Origin: Oscillospiraceae bacterium
GTDB lineage: Bacteria; Bacillota; Clostridia; Oscillospirales; CAG-272
DNA: 64,000 nt
Assembly (NCBI GenBank): GCA_015063325.1
Contig: SVUK01000006.1
Span: 140,654-204,653 of the forward strand
Reading direction: 5' to 3'
Under the pieces are notes generated by a model. That model searched no databases. It saw only the letters and a list, made by a program, of their open reading frames with translations, and was not told the DNA's origin. Positions 1-8,983 of this stretch are shown piece after piece. Every line of letters begins with the position of its first letter. The first letter of the stretch is position 1. Both the position numbers and the translations under genes were made by a program.

Positions 1-613
1 AGGCATGAAAGGCAAAGTAGCCAAGTCCCAGCCCGAATGCAACCGTTTTTCCTCGCGCTTTTTGGATCGGTTCGTGCATTGTGGCGATCTCATTCGGCTT
101 TACAGCCATCCATTCAATCCCGTTTTCCCGAACGGCAGGAAATGAGTAGGAGCTTGTAAAATAGCCAAGCTGCGGAATTTCTCTTCCGGTATCGGTCATT
201 TTCGGCAATCCGCAAACAAAGGGTTCGTATGGGGCGTATCGTTCGGTTCCAAACGCCCAGTTTCCGGTCAGCGCAAGCGGAAAATCAATCGTTGTCAAAT
301 AGGCGTCCCGTTGCCAATCTTTCGGATCCAGTCTGTGGAGCGAGGGAAGGAGATATTGCTTTTCCAGCTCTTTGTCTTCCGCATTTTGCAAGATGTCTAA
401 ACCGATGGCAGATGCAAGAAGGACGCGAAATGCAATGTCCTCGGAAAGAGAACATTCCCGGGCAAGGTTTTTCACCATGCGTGCCGAGATCAGTCGAGGC
501 GTACGGTTCAGATATTCGGCAAGCAGTTCTGTGAATCGCTCGTTTTTTGAAAGAATATCATGGCAAAAGAAATCCCAACGTTTCCGATCTTCGTCAGAAA
601 AATTCAGTTTCAT
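1..613 (-). CDS. Class I SAM-dependent methyltransferase-like / spermidine-synthase-like protein (runs off the window start)
   Basis: Not in the ORF track because it is partial. ATG at 613-611 preceded by AAAGGAGG. Manual translation is open to base 1: MKLNFSDEDRKRW...WMAVKPNEIATMHEPIQKARGKTVAFGLGLGYFAFHA, containing the SAM-binding motif I (FGLGLGY). Confidence 0.7.
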   Translation of the reverse strand, partial: MKLNFSDEDRKRWDFFCHDILSKNERFTELLAEYLNRTPRLISARMVKNLARECSLSEDIAFRVLLASAIGLDILQNAEDKELEKQYLLPSLHRLDPKDWQRDAYLTTIDFPLALTGNWAFGTERYAPYEPFVCGLPKMTDTGREIPQLGYFTSSYSFPAVRENGIEWMAVKPNEIATMHEPIQKARGKTVAFGLGLGYFAFHA

Positions 614-733
614 AACGCCCCTCCTTTCTTCCAAACGATTTATTATATTGTAACACAAAATTGCCGATTTTGCAATTTTTTTTGTAAGGAACTTGCGAAA
701 AGAAAGCAGTTGTGATAGAATAAAATGGAAATA

Positions 734-767
734 GAAACGAAAGGAAACGAAAGGAAACGAAAAGGAG
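734..767 (+). repeat. 10-bp tandem repeat (GAAACGAAAG x3) ending in the RBS of nnrD
   Basis: Direct reading: gaaacgaaag gaaacgaaag gaaacgaaaa ggag. Confidence 0.9.
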
Positions 768-773
768 CCAATC

Positions 774-1658
774 GTGGAAGAAAATGCAATTCTTTTGAAA
801 ATGGAAAACGTTCGGTCGGTGCTCGGGGAACGCCCATGGGATTCGCATAAGGGAATGTTCGGATATATCGGAATTTTAGGTGGAAGTCTTTGCTATTCGG
901 GTGCGGCGAAACTGGCGAACCTCGGCGCTTCGGCTTTGCGGTCGGGGTGCGGCGTGGCAACGTTGGGGGTGCCGGCGTCCCTTGCGCCTGCAGTTGCCCC
1001 ATATTTGTTGGAGAGCACGCTGTTTCCCATGCCGGATCGGGATGGAAAAATGATTTTTGATCCGAACGCACTGGATTCTTTTTTTGCCGGAAAACGCGCC
1101 GTTGCCGTCGGTATGGGGTGGGGGCGATCAAGCGAATATGAAATGATTTTGGATTATTTATTCCGCAACTTTTCCGGAACAATCCTGCTGGATGCCGATG
1201 GACTGAATACGCTTGCCGAATCGGGAGTGAAAATGCTGACCCGAAAGCAGGGACGCGTGGTTTTAACACCGCATCCCATGGAGTTTTCAAGGTTGAGCGG
1301 AAATCCGGTTTCCGAAATTTTGAAAAAACCGATTGAACATGCAAAATCGTTTGCGTCCGAACATGAGGTAGTTGTTTTGCTGAAAGGATCGGTCACAACG
1401 GTTACCGATGGGAAAACCGTTTATCAAACCGATCGAGGCTGTGCCGGAATGGCGACGGCAGGGAGCGGAGACGTTCTTTCCGGCGTACTTGCCGGAATGC
1501 TCGGGTATCTGCCGCCGACCGCGCTGACGGTTGCCGCCGGCGCCTATCTTGCAGGACTTGCCGGGGAGCTTGCCGAGAAGGAGAGCAATCCGTTTTCCAT
1601 GGTTGCGTCGGATACCGCACGCGCAATTCCGAGGGCGTTCTCCAAAATATTGAAATAA
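774..1658 (+). CDS. nnrD: ADP-dependent NAD(P)H-hydrate dehydratase (YjeF C-terminal domain, stand-alone)
   Basis: Motifs SHKGMFG, GGSLCYSGAA, LLDADGL, LTPHPMEF, LKG and MATAGSGDVLSG. GTG start with GGAG RBS. Confidence 0.92.
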   Translation: MEENAILLKMENVRSVLGERPWDSHKGMFGYIGILGGSLCYSGAAKLANLGASALRSGCGVATLGVPASLAPAVAPYLLESTLFPMPDRDGKMIFDPNALDSFFAGKRAVAVGMGWGRSSEYEMILDYLFRNFSGTILLDADGLNTLAESGVKMLTRKQGRVVLTPHPMEFSRLSGNPVSEILKKPIEHAKSFASEHEVVVLLKGSVTTVTDGKTVYQTDRGCAGMATAGSGDVLSGVLAGMLGYLPPTALTVAAGAYLAGLAGELAEKESNPFSMVASDTARAIPRAFSKILK

Positions 1659-1728
1659 AGACGTCATTTGTAAGTAAATTTCAGTTTTCAGTTGTATAAG
1701 AGATAGAAAAACGAAAGGAGCTTTCAAA

Positions 1729-3027
1729 ATGAACAGAAAAATTTTGGTATCGTTTGGTTCCTTGCTTTTGGCGGTTGTTCTTCTATTTTTGACCGTTTCC
1801 TGCCAAAAGAAGATCATCGTTGAGGAGACAGATTTGCTCAAGGTCTATTTCGGGGAATCGGAAAATCCGCAACCGCGCAAAGCCGACGAGGTCAAGGGCG
1901 CCGCTCTTCCTGCCGATTTCCAAACTCAAATGGCACAGTTTGCGTTTTCGTTGCTCAATCGGACAATTCAATTCACAGAGGCAGGGGAAAATCAACTGTT
2001 GTCGCCGCTTTCGGCAATGTATTGTCTTGCGCTGATAGCCAACGGCGCAGGGAAAGAGACAAGAGCGCAGATGAGCCGTGTTCTCGGTATGGCACCAGAG
2101 GAACTCAATCCGGCTCTGCTTGCCTATGCGTTAGGGTTGCCGAGCGGCAAGGATGTCAAAATAGAAATGGCGAATTCGGTCTGGTTCCAGAATACCCCTT
2201 CGCTCAAAGTCAACGATTCCTTCCTGCAAACGGTGGCGGATTGGTACGCCGCGCAGGTCTACGCCTCGGCGTTCGACGACGAAACCGTAAAAAATATCAA
2301 CGCTTGGTGCGAAAAATATACCGACGGAATGATCAAAAAGATGATTGAAAACATTGATTCTCTCGGTATGCTCTATCTGATCAACGCGCTGGTTTTCGAT
2401 GCCAAATGGGAAACCGAATATGAAGATCATCAGGTCGGGGAGGGAGAATTTACTGCGGCAAACGGCGAAAAACAAACGGTAACTTTTCTTTCTTCTAACG
2501 AGTACGCGTATTTGGCAGGTAAAAATTTTGAAGGCGTTGTGAAATATTACAAAGGCGGGGACTACGCTTTTGTGGGTCTTCTTCCGAAAGCGGAAATCGA
2601 TGCCGAAACGCTTGCCGAAACGCTGACCGGTGACGAATGGATGACCGCATGGCAAAATAAGAGTTACGAGACGGTTAAAACCAAAATTCCCGAATTCAAA
2701 ACCGAATCTTCTATCAGATTGACCGATATTCTGCGCGAGATGGGCATGACTGACGCATTTGATCCAACCGTTGCCGACTTTTTGCCCATGGGCACTTGCA
2801 ATGACGGGGGACTCTGCCTTTCGAACGTCATGCAAAAGACCTATCTGGAAGTGGACCGCAACGGCACAAAAGCGGCGGCAGTGACGTGGGGAGAGATAAA
2901 GTTCGGCAGTGCGCCGCCATCAGAAAATTCCAAGGAGATCTATCTGGATCGTCCCTTTGTTTATCTTGTTGTGGATACCGCCACAGGCATTCCCTCCTTT
3001 ATCGGCGTTACGCAAACTCTGCGGTAA
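1729..3027 (+). CDS. Serpin-family lipoprotein (serine protease inhibitor)
   Basis: Lipobox LTVSC; serpin motifs SPLS, ANSVW, NAWC..YTDGMI, LINALVFDAKW, IPEFK, hinge EVDRNGTKAAAVT and signature DRPFVYLVVD. Confidence 0.92.
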   Translation: MNRKILVSFGSLLLAVVLLFLTVSCQKKIIVEETDLLKVYFGESENPQPRKADEVKGAALPADFQTQMAQFAFSLLNRTIQFTEAGENQLLSPLSAMYCLALIANGAGKETRAQMSRVLGMAPEELNPALLAYALGLPSGKDVKIEMANSVWFQNTPSLKVNDSFLQTVADWYAAQVYASAFDDETVKNINAWCEKYTDGMIKKMIENIDSLGMLYLINALVFDAKWETEYEDHQVGEGEFTAANGEKQTVTFLSSNEYAYLAGKNFEGVVKYYKGGDYAFVGLLPKAEIDAETLAETLTGDEWMTAWQNKSYETVKTKIPEFKTESSIRLTDILREMGMTDAFDPTVADFLPMGTCNDGGLCLSNVMQKTYLEVDRNGTKAAAVTWGEIKFGSAPPSENSKEIYLDRPFVYLVVDTATGIPSFIGVTQTLR

Positions 3028-3080
3028 AAGGGTATTCCTATATAATGTGGAAATAAAGACAAAATTTTTCAAAAAAAAGC

Positions 3081-3110
3081 TTGACAAACACTTATTTTAT
3101 ATGCTATAAT
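3081..3110 (+). promoter_or_regulatory. SigA promoter for rplU-prp-rpmA
   Basis: TTGACA-18 nt-TATAAT with extended -10 TG. Confidence 0.85.
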
Positions 3111-3111
3111 A

Positions 3112-3190
3112 AATAGCCGCTTGAAAATGGCTTCTTTTAAGTGCGCCCGGAAAAAGGCGACGCCATGGGTCAGCGAGTCTATAAGAAAGA
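3112..3190 (+). ncRNA. L21 ribosomal protein leader (putative)
   Basis: Structured leader between the SigA promoter and rplU with a GCGCCC...GGCGA core. Position matches the known L21 leader of Bacillota. Confidence 0.6.
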
Positions 3191-3202
3191 GAGGTGCTTT
3201 TC

Positions 3203-3514
3203 GTGTTTGCAGTGATTGAAACCGGCGGAAAGCAGTATAAGGTAACCGAGCAGGACATCATTTTCGTTGAAAAACTGGAAGCAGAAGAAGGCGCAGAGAT
3301 TGCGTTTGAAAGCGTTCTGGCAATTTCGGGTGATGATGGCTTCAAGGTTGGCACTCCCAAGTTGGACGGTGCAAAAGTAACTGCCAAAGTGCTCAAAAAC
3401 GGCAAGGGCAAAAAGATCGTTGTCTTCAAGTACAAGTCCAAGAAGAACGAGAAGAAAAAGATCGGACATCGTCAGCCGTACACCAAAGTTCAGATCTTGA
3501 AGATCGAAGGCTGA
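3203..3514 (+). CDS. rplU: 50S ribosomal protein L21
   Basis: [14 protein letters not shown]...[17 protein letters not shown] at 3203 after a GAGGTG RBS. Confidence 0.97.
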   Translation: MFAVIETGGKQYKVTEQDIIFVEKLEAEEGAEIAFESVLAISGDDGFKVGTPKLDGAKVTAKVLKNGKGKKIVVFKYKSKKNEKKKIGHRQPYTKVQILKIEG

Positions 3515-3543
3515 TCCGAAAATCGGGATCGGACAAAAACGAC

Positions 3544-3906
3544 ATGACAAAAATCGTTTTTTACAGAAACGACGGAATCTTTTATGGCTTCCGCGAGCAG
3601 GGACATACCGGATTCGGTGAGGCAGGGGACGATATCCTCTGCGCGGCGATTTCCTCTATGACCATGTTTTTGATCAATACCATTGAGGTGGCGTATGCTT
3701 CTCCGGTGGATTATCAGATCAACGATGGTGATACCGAGATCACGGTGCGTTGCAAGGCGGCGCTTCCTGAGTTTGAATCGGACGATTACAAGCGCTATGC
3801 CGTATCGGGTATTTTCATGGGGTATTATTGCCAGCTTGGCGATATGTTGGAAGAGTACGGAGATTATTTGGACGTTTCGGTCGAGGATCGACCTTACGAG
3901 GATTGA
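3544..3906 (+). CDS. prp: Ribosomal-processing cysteine protease Prp (YsxB)
   Basis: GHTGFG...DILCAAIS catalytic His/Cys motif; lies between rplU and rpmA. Confidence 0.9.
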   Translation: MTKIVFYRNDGIFYGFREQGHTGFGEAGDDILCAAISSMTMFLINTIEVAYASPVDYQINDGDTEITVRCKAALPEFESDDYKRYAVSGIFMGYYCQLGDMLEEYGDYLDVSVEDRPYED

Positions 3907-3939
3907 TCCGAACGCACAACGAAAAGGAGGAAAAGAAGA

Positions 3940-4218
3940 ATGTTGAAACTCAGTTTGCAATTCTTTGCTCATAAAAAGGGCGTTGGTTCTACTAAGAACG
4001 GACGTGACAGCGAGTCTAAGCGTCTCGGCGTTAAAAAGTCGGACGGTCAGGCAGTCGTCGCCGGCAACATCATTGTTCGTCAGCGTGGTTCTGCTATCAG
4101 AGCCGGTGAAAACGTCGGTTGCGGCAAAGATTACACACTTTATGCTTTGATTGACGGAAAGGTCAAATTCGAGCATCTTACCAAGGATCAAAAGAAGGTC
4201 AGCGTTTACGCTGAATAA
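3940..4218 (+). CDS. rpmA: 50S ribosomal protein L27 with Prp-cleaved N-terminal extension
   Basis: [24 protein letters not shown]...RQRG. Confidence 0.98.
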   Translation: MLKLSLQFFAHKKGVGSTKNGRDSESKRLGVKKSDGQAVVAGNIIVRQRGSAIRAGENVGCGKDYTLYALIDGKVKFEHLTKDQKKVSVYAE

Positions 4219-4225
4219 TTTGAGT

Positions 4226-4269
4226 CCAAAAATCCGCCGGTCACAAATTGTGACCGGCGGATTTTTTTG
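4226..4269. terminator. Bidirectional intrinsic terminator between rpmA and the ABC operon
   Basis: aaaaatccgccggtcacaa-ttgtgaccggcggattttttt inverted repeat with A/T tails. Confidence 0.9.
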
Positions 4270-4272
4270 TTT

Positions 4273-7158
4273 TTATTCGCTGCGCAAGGCTTCCACGGGA
4301 TTTTTGCGCGAGGCGAATCCGGCAGGAACCAAACCGGCAATAAAGGTCAGTCCCATGCTGATGAGTACCAAAATCAACGCCGCAACCGGTGGCAGGACGG
4401 CTTTGAGCGAGGCAATTCCTGTCAGATGGCGGAGAATGATATTGATAATTTGATCCAACAGCACCGAAATCACGATCCCGATCGTCCCGGCAACAAAGCC
4501 GATGATCAGCGTTTCAGCATTGAATACACGCCCAACGTCGCGGCGAGATGCACCGATCGAGCGCAGAATGCCAATTTCTTTGGTGCGTTCCAAAACCGAG
4601 ATATAGGTGATAATGCCGATCATAATCGAAGAAACGACCAATGAGATTGCCACAAACGCAACGAGAACATAGGTAATGGCGTTGACGATGGTGGTAATGG
4701 AGGACATCAAGAGAGCAACGTAGTCGGTATATTCAATTTTTTGCTTTTCGGGAACCGAGGCATTGTATTCGCCGATCAGATTTGCAATTTGATCCTTGTT
4801 TTCAAAGGTATTTGCATAAATGGCGATTGAACGCGGAGCGTCTGCTTTAACGTAACCCAAAAGCTTTAAATTGTCGGCATAGGTGGAGGTGGAATAACCT
4901 GCGGCAAGACTTTCTTCGTAAATTGCAAGGTATTGCTCATCGCTGATCGGAGCGGCAAGAATTTCTTCGTTGGAAAGCTTGGCAAGCTCCACTTCTTTTT
5001 GCATACGCAACAGCCGGCTGATACTGCTGCTCAAAAATATTGAAAGATAGGGTTTATAATTATTAAAGCTTTCTTCGTCGGTAATTCCGTATTGGCGCAT
5101 TTCTTCTTCCATTCCGGCTTTTCTCAGCATATCGTAGTCGATTTCCTGAATTTTGGCGTCAATCTTCGCGTTGGTCGGAGTTGCGAGAATGCGTTTGCGC
5201 AGTTCAATGCGGTCTGTTTCAGAAAGAGCTTGTTCCGCTTCATTTGCGGCGGCAATTTTCTCCTCGTCACTGCCGCTGAAGGGAAGACCGGTCAGAATGT
5301 CTGTATCAGGGTGGTCGATTTGTTTCTGCAAAAGGGGATTTTTTGCCGTTTGCTCCAGTACGTAGTCGGCAAGCGCGGCGGTGTATGCCAGTGTACCGGA
5401 AAGAACGGTAGAGGTTGCACCGGCTTTGGGACGAATGATACCGCAAATCTTCAATTCCATTCCTTCTGTTTTCGGGTAAAAGAGCTTTGCCCGACCTTCC
5501 GGCGTCGCGCTCGCGTCGGTATAGGTTCCGTCATCGTTCAATTGGTAGCATTCCGAGGCAAGATATAGGCGGAATTGCAGATTGCAGATCTCCTCATATG
5601 TGTATTTGCGGCTTGTAGAGGTGTCAATGATTTTTCCATCGTTGTAATCGCGAATTGTTTGCAAAATTTCGTCTTTGGTGCGCAATCCGAGCGCGTAAAG
5701 GGAGAGGTCGCTAATGGTGTTGTTCTCGTTGACGACCAGCAGAATTTCGTTTTTGGAAGTCGGCAGAGTACCGTAAATCAGGTCATATTCTTCGGGGATC
5801 AAAGAGTTAACAAGCTCATCCCCCTTGCCGCGCAGCATCTCCTGCCAAATGCGGTAGTTGGAGGTCATCACCGAGCTGCCCATCATTCCGTTGCTTGATC
5901 CCAAAATGGCTTCCAGTAATTCCTTTGTGTCGGATTTGATCACAGCGCCGGAGGTATCGTTGGTCAAAATGCGCCAGCGAAAATCGTAGGTATATTGCAT
6001 TGCGCTGACGTAGGGATCAAACTTTTCGGGGTGCTCTTCCACATATTTTTTAAAGGATGCAAGATCGTTGTGCGTGGTTTCCAAACTGTTGATTGAGTTC
6101 ATCAGATCCACCGTCACACTGCTCTCGTAAACGAAATCACCCTCGTGTTTTTCGGCAGCGCTTTCGTTGCGCGCGCCCATGATTGTGGTAATCAGGGAGG
6201 AGAGATCGGTGCTTTCCTCCTCCAGTTGGATCGGGTAGCTTGCCAACGTATCGCGCTGAACATAGTTGATATAGTTGTTTACTCCCGAGGAAACCGAAAG
6301 GATCAGCGCAATGCCGATAATGCCGATGGAACCGGCAAACGATGTCATAAAGGTGCGTCCTTTTTTGGTGAGCAGGTTGGTAAAGGAAAGCGAAAGCGCC
6401 GTCCAGAAGGACATAGAGCGTTTGGCTTTCTTTTTCTTTGCCGGCTTTTCTTCCGGCTTTTTTTCGGGCGCGGCTTCTTCTGAAAGGGGAGCCGAATCGC
6501 CAACAATCTGTCCGTCTAAAAGACGAACGATTCGGGAGGAATACTGTTCGGCAAGGTCGGGGTTGTGCGTGACCATAATGATCAGTTTCGTTTTGGAAAT
6601 ATTTTTCAGAATTTCCATAATTTGAATGCTGGTCTGCGTGTCCAACGCACCGGTCGGCTCGTCGGCAAGCAGAATTTCAGGGTCGTTGACCAAAGCGCGC
6701 GCAATGGCAACGCGCTGCATCTGTCCGCCGGACATCTGGTTCGGCTTTTTCTGCATCTGGTCTTCCAGACCCACCTGCTTCAGGGCATTGATCGCCCGTT
6801 CGCGGCGCTCGGCGCGCGAAACACCCGAAAGGGTCAGCGCCAGTTCCACGTTGGCAAGCACGGTCTGGTGGGGGATCAGATTGTAGTTTTGAAAGACGAA
6901 ACCAACCGAGTGGTTGCGGTAGGCGTCCCAGTCCTTTTCCTTGTATTGCTTGGTGGAAACGCCGTCAATCATCAAATCGCCGCTGGTGTATTGGTCCAGA
7001 CCGCCAATGATGTTGAGAAGCGTCGTTTTACCGCACCCGGACGGACCGAGAATCGAAACGAATTCCTGCCGCCGGAAGCGGATGGAAACGTCGTTCAATG
7101 CCAAAACGGTCTGGTCGCCGGTCGTGTATTCTTTGACGATGTGATTGAGGTTCAGCAT
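4273..7158 (-). CDS. MacB/FtsX-type ABC transporter, fused ATPase-permease with a large extracytoplasmic domain
   Basis: Walker A GPSGCGKT, signature [19 protein letters not shown], one TM, then ~500 aa external domain and C-terminal FtsX ([17 protein letters not shown]). Start reassigned to ATG 7158 (GGAGG RBS). Confidence 0.92.
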   Translation of the reverse strand: MLNLNHIVKEYTTGDQTVLALNDVSIRFRRQEFVSILGPSGCGKTTLLNIIGGLDQYTSGDLMIDGVSTKQYKEKDWDAYRNHSVGFVFQNYNLIPHQTVLANVELALTLSGVSRAERRERAINALKQVGLEDQMQKKPNQMSGGQMQRVAIARALVNDPEILLADEPTGALDTQTSIQIMEILKNISKTKLIIMVTHNPDLAEQYSSRIVRLLDGQIVGDSAPLSEEAAPEKKPEEKPAKKKKAKRSMSFWTALSLSFTNLLTKKGRTFMTSFAGSIGIIGIALILSVSSGVNNYINYVQRDTLASYPIQLEEESTDLSSLITTIMGARNESAAEKHEGDFVYESSVTVDLMNSINSLETTHNDLASFKKYVEEHPEKFDPYVSAMQYTYDFRWRILTNDTSGAVIKSDTKELLEAILGSSNGMMGSSVMTSNYRIWQEMLRGKGDELVNSLIPEEYDLIYGTLPTSKNEILLVVNENNTISDLSLYALGLRTKDEILQTIRDYNDGKIIDTSTSRKYTYEEICNLQFRLYLASECYQLNDDGTYTDASATPEGRAKLFYPKTEGMELKICGIIRPKAGATSTVLSGTLAYTAALADYVLEQTAKNPLLQKQIDHPDTDILTGLPFSGSDEEKIAAANEAEQALSETDRIELRKRILATPTNAKIDAKIQEIDYDMLRKAGMEEEMRQYGITDEESFNNYKPYLSIFLSSSISRLLRMQKEVELAKLSNEEILAAPISDEQYLAIYEESLAAGYSTSTYADNLKLLGYVKADAPRSIAIYANTFENKDQIANLIGEYNASVPEKQKIEYTDYVALLMSSITTIVNAITYVLVAFVAISLVVSSIMIGIITYISVLERTKEIGILRSIGASRRDVGRVFNAETLIIGFVAGTIGIVISVLLDQIINIILRHLTGIASLKAVLPPVAALILVLISMGLTFIAGLVPAGFASRKNPVEALRSE

Positions 7159-7186
7159 AGTTCCTCCTGTGTGGTAAGATGAAAAT

Positions 7187-8983
7187 TTAACTTTCAAACT
7201 GACTGTTGTATAAATGCGCGTAAAAGCCGTCTTTTTGCAAAAGGGTCTCGTGCGATCCCTGCTCAATGATCTTTCCGTCGCGCATTACAAGAATCACGTC
7301 GGCTTCCTGAATCGTGGAAAGTCGGTGCGCAACGATAAAAGAGGTCCTGCCGCGCATCAGTTCGGCAAAAGCGTTCTGAATTTTCAGTTCCATGCGCGTG
7401 TCGATCGAGGAAGTCGCCTCGTCCAAAATCAGCATGGGCGGCGGCGCAAGCATCACGCGCGCAATGCAGAGGAGCTGTTTTTGCCCCTGCGAGAGCGAGC
7501 CGCCGTTCTCGCCGAGAACGGTATCATATCCTTGCGGCAGGCGGCGAATAAAGGAATCCGCGTGAACGGCGCGCGCGGCGGCAACAACTTCTTCCATCGT
7601 TGCTTCCGGTTTGCCCATTGCAATGTTTTCGCGTACCGTTGCGGCGCGGAGCCAGGTTTCTTGCAGAACCATGCCCCATGAGGCGCGCAGACTTGCGCGT
7701 TTCAGGTCGCGAATATCGTTGCCGTCTATCGAAATACAGCCAGCGTCCACATCGTAAAAGCGCATCAAAAGATTGATGATTGTCGTTTTGCCGCAACCGG
7801 TCGGACCGACAATTGCAACGCGCTGTCCGGGAGCAACCTGCAAATTCAGACCGCGAATCAACTCGCGCTCGGGCGTATAGGAGAACGCAACGTCCGTGAG
7901 CGTGACCGAACCGGTTACCGAATCCGGAACCACTGCGTTTGGCGCGTCCGGCAGGATGGGCTCCTCATCCAACAGTTCAAATAATCGGGCGGCGCAGGCA
8001 AGCGAATTTTGAATTTCGGCAACCACGCCCGAAATCTCGTTAAAGGGTTTTGTATATTGGGTCGCGTAGGAAAGAAACGCCGTCAAGCGTCCAACGGTAA
8101 ATGCGGCTGCGCCCAGCGGTAGGCAGAGCATTGCACCAACCAAAGCAACGCCGGCATAAACCAGATTGTTGACAAACCGCGTGCTGGGATTGGTGGTAGA
8201 GGAGATGAAAAGCGCCTTGAGCGAGCATTTCTGAAGCCGACCGTTGATCTCGTCAAATTGCTTTTGCGCGTTTTCTTCCTGACCAAATGCCGCAACCACC
8301 TTGTGATTGCCGATGTATTCGTCAATCATGGCGGTTTCTTCCGCGCGAACCTTGGATTGTTTTTGGAAGAATTGATAGGTGCGCGAAGCGATAAATGAAG
8401 CAACGAACAGGGAAAGAGGAGTAATGAAAATAACCACTACGGCAACCGAAGGCTTGATGGCAAGCATGATTCCGATCGTTCCGAAAATCGTAATCATGCC
8501 GGTGAAGAATTGATTCAGCCCCAGCAGTAATCCTTCTGTGAATTGCTCTGCGTCGGTCATCATACGGCTGACAATTTCCCCCACCGAATGCGAATCAAGA
8601 TAGGAGAGCGGCAGTTTTTGCAGTTTTTCAAATGCCTCTTTGCGCAACCGATAGACCAGTCCATATGCCATACGATTGTTCAGAACATTCATCAGCCATT
8701 GGGAAAGCGCCGTTAAGGCAACGCAAACGCCGATTTGAATGGAAATTTGAACAACACCGTTCCAATCGACGTTGCTTTTCCCGATCATCAGGTCAATAGC
8801 ATTGCCGGTTAACAAAGGGATGATCAGTAAAAGAATCGAGGAAATCGCCGCAAAGAGGAGCGAAAGAAGCAGGAACGGGAGCTCGGGGCGGAGCATGCGG
8901 AGAACGCGTCGTACCGTTCCTTTTTCGAATCGTTTCTTGTTACTCTTATCGTTTTTATTTTTGTTTTTATTCAGAGGGGTCAT
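7187..8983 (-). CDS. Heterodimeric ABC exporter subunit (TMD-NBD, consensus-site half)
   Basis: Six TM helices, GPTGCGKT, LSQGQKQ, ILDEATSSID, IVAHRLSTI. Confidence 0.93.
   Translation of the reverse strand: MTPLNKNKNKNDKSNKKRFEKGTVRRVLRMLRPELPFLLLSLLFAAISSILLLIIPLLTGNAIDLMIGKSNVDWNGVVQISIQIGVCVALTALSQWLMNVLNNRMAYGLVYRLRKEAFEKLQKLPLSYLDSHSVGEIVSRMMTDAEQFTEGLLLGLNQFFTGMITIFGTIGIMLAIKPSVAVVVIFITPLSLFVASFIASRTYQFFQKQSKVRAEETAMIDEYIGNHKVVAAFGQEENAQKQFDEINGRLQKCSLKALFISSTTNPSTRFVNNLVYAGVALVGAMLCLPLGAAAFTVGRLTAFLSYATQYTKPFNEISGVVAEIQNSLACAARLFELLDEEPILPDAPNAVVPDSVTGSVTLTDVAFSYTPERELIRGLNLQVAPGQRVAIVGPTGCGKTTIINLLMRFYDVDAGCISIDGNDIRDLKRASLRASWGMVLQETWLRAATVRENIAMGKPEATMEEVVAAARAVHADSFIRRLPQGYDTVLGENGGSLSQGQKQLLCIARVMLAPPPMLILDEATSSIDTRMELKIQNAFAELMRGRTSFIVAHRLSTIQEADVILVMRDGKIIEQGSHETLLQKDGFYAHLYNSQFES

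Noticed and set aside
229-848. Short ORFs 229-534, 372-653 and 594-848 from the ORF track
   Set aside because: They overlap the better supported minus-strand gene (1-613) or the intergenic repeat and have no motifs.
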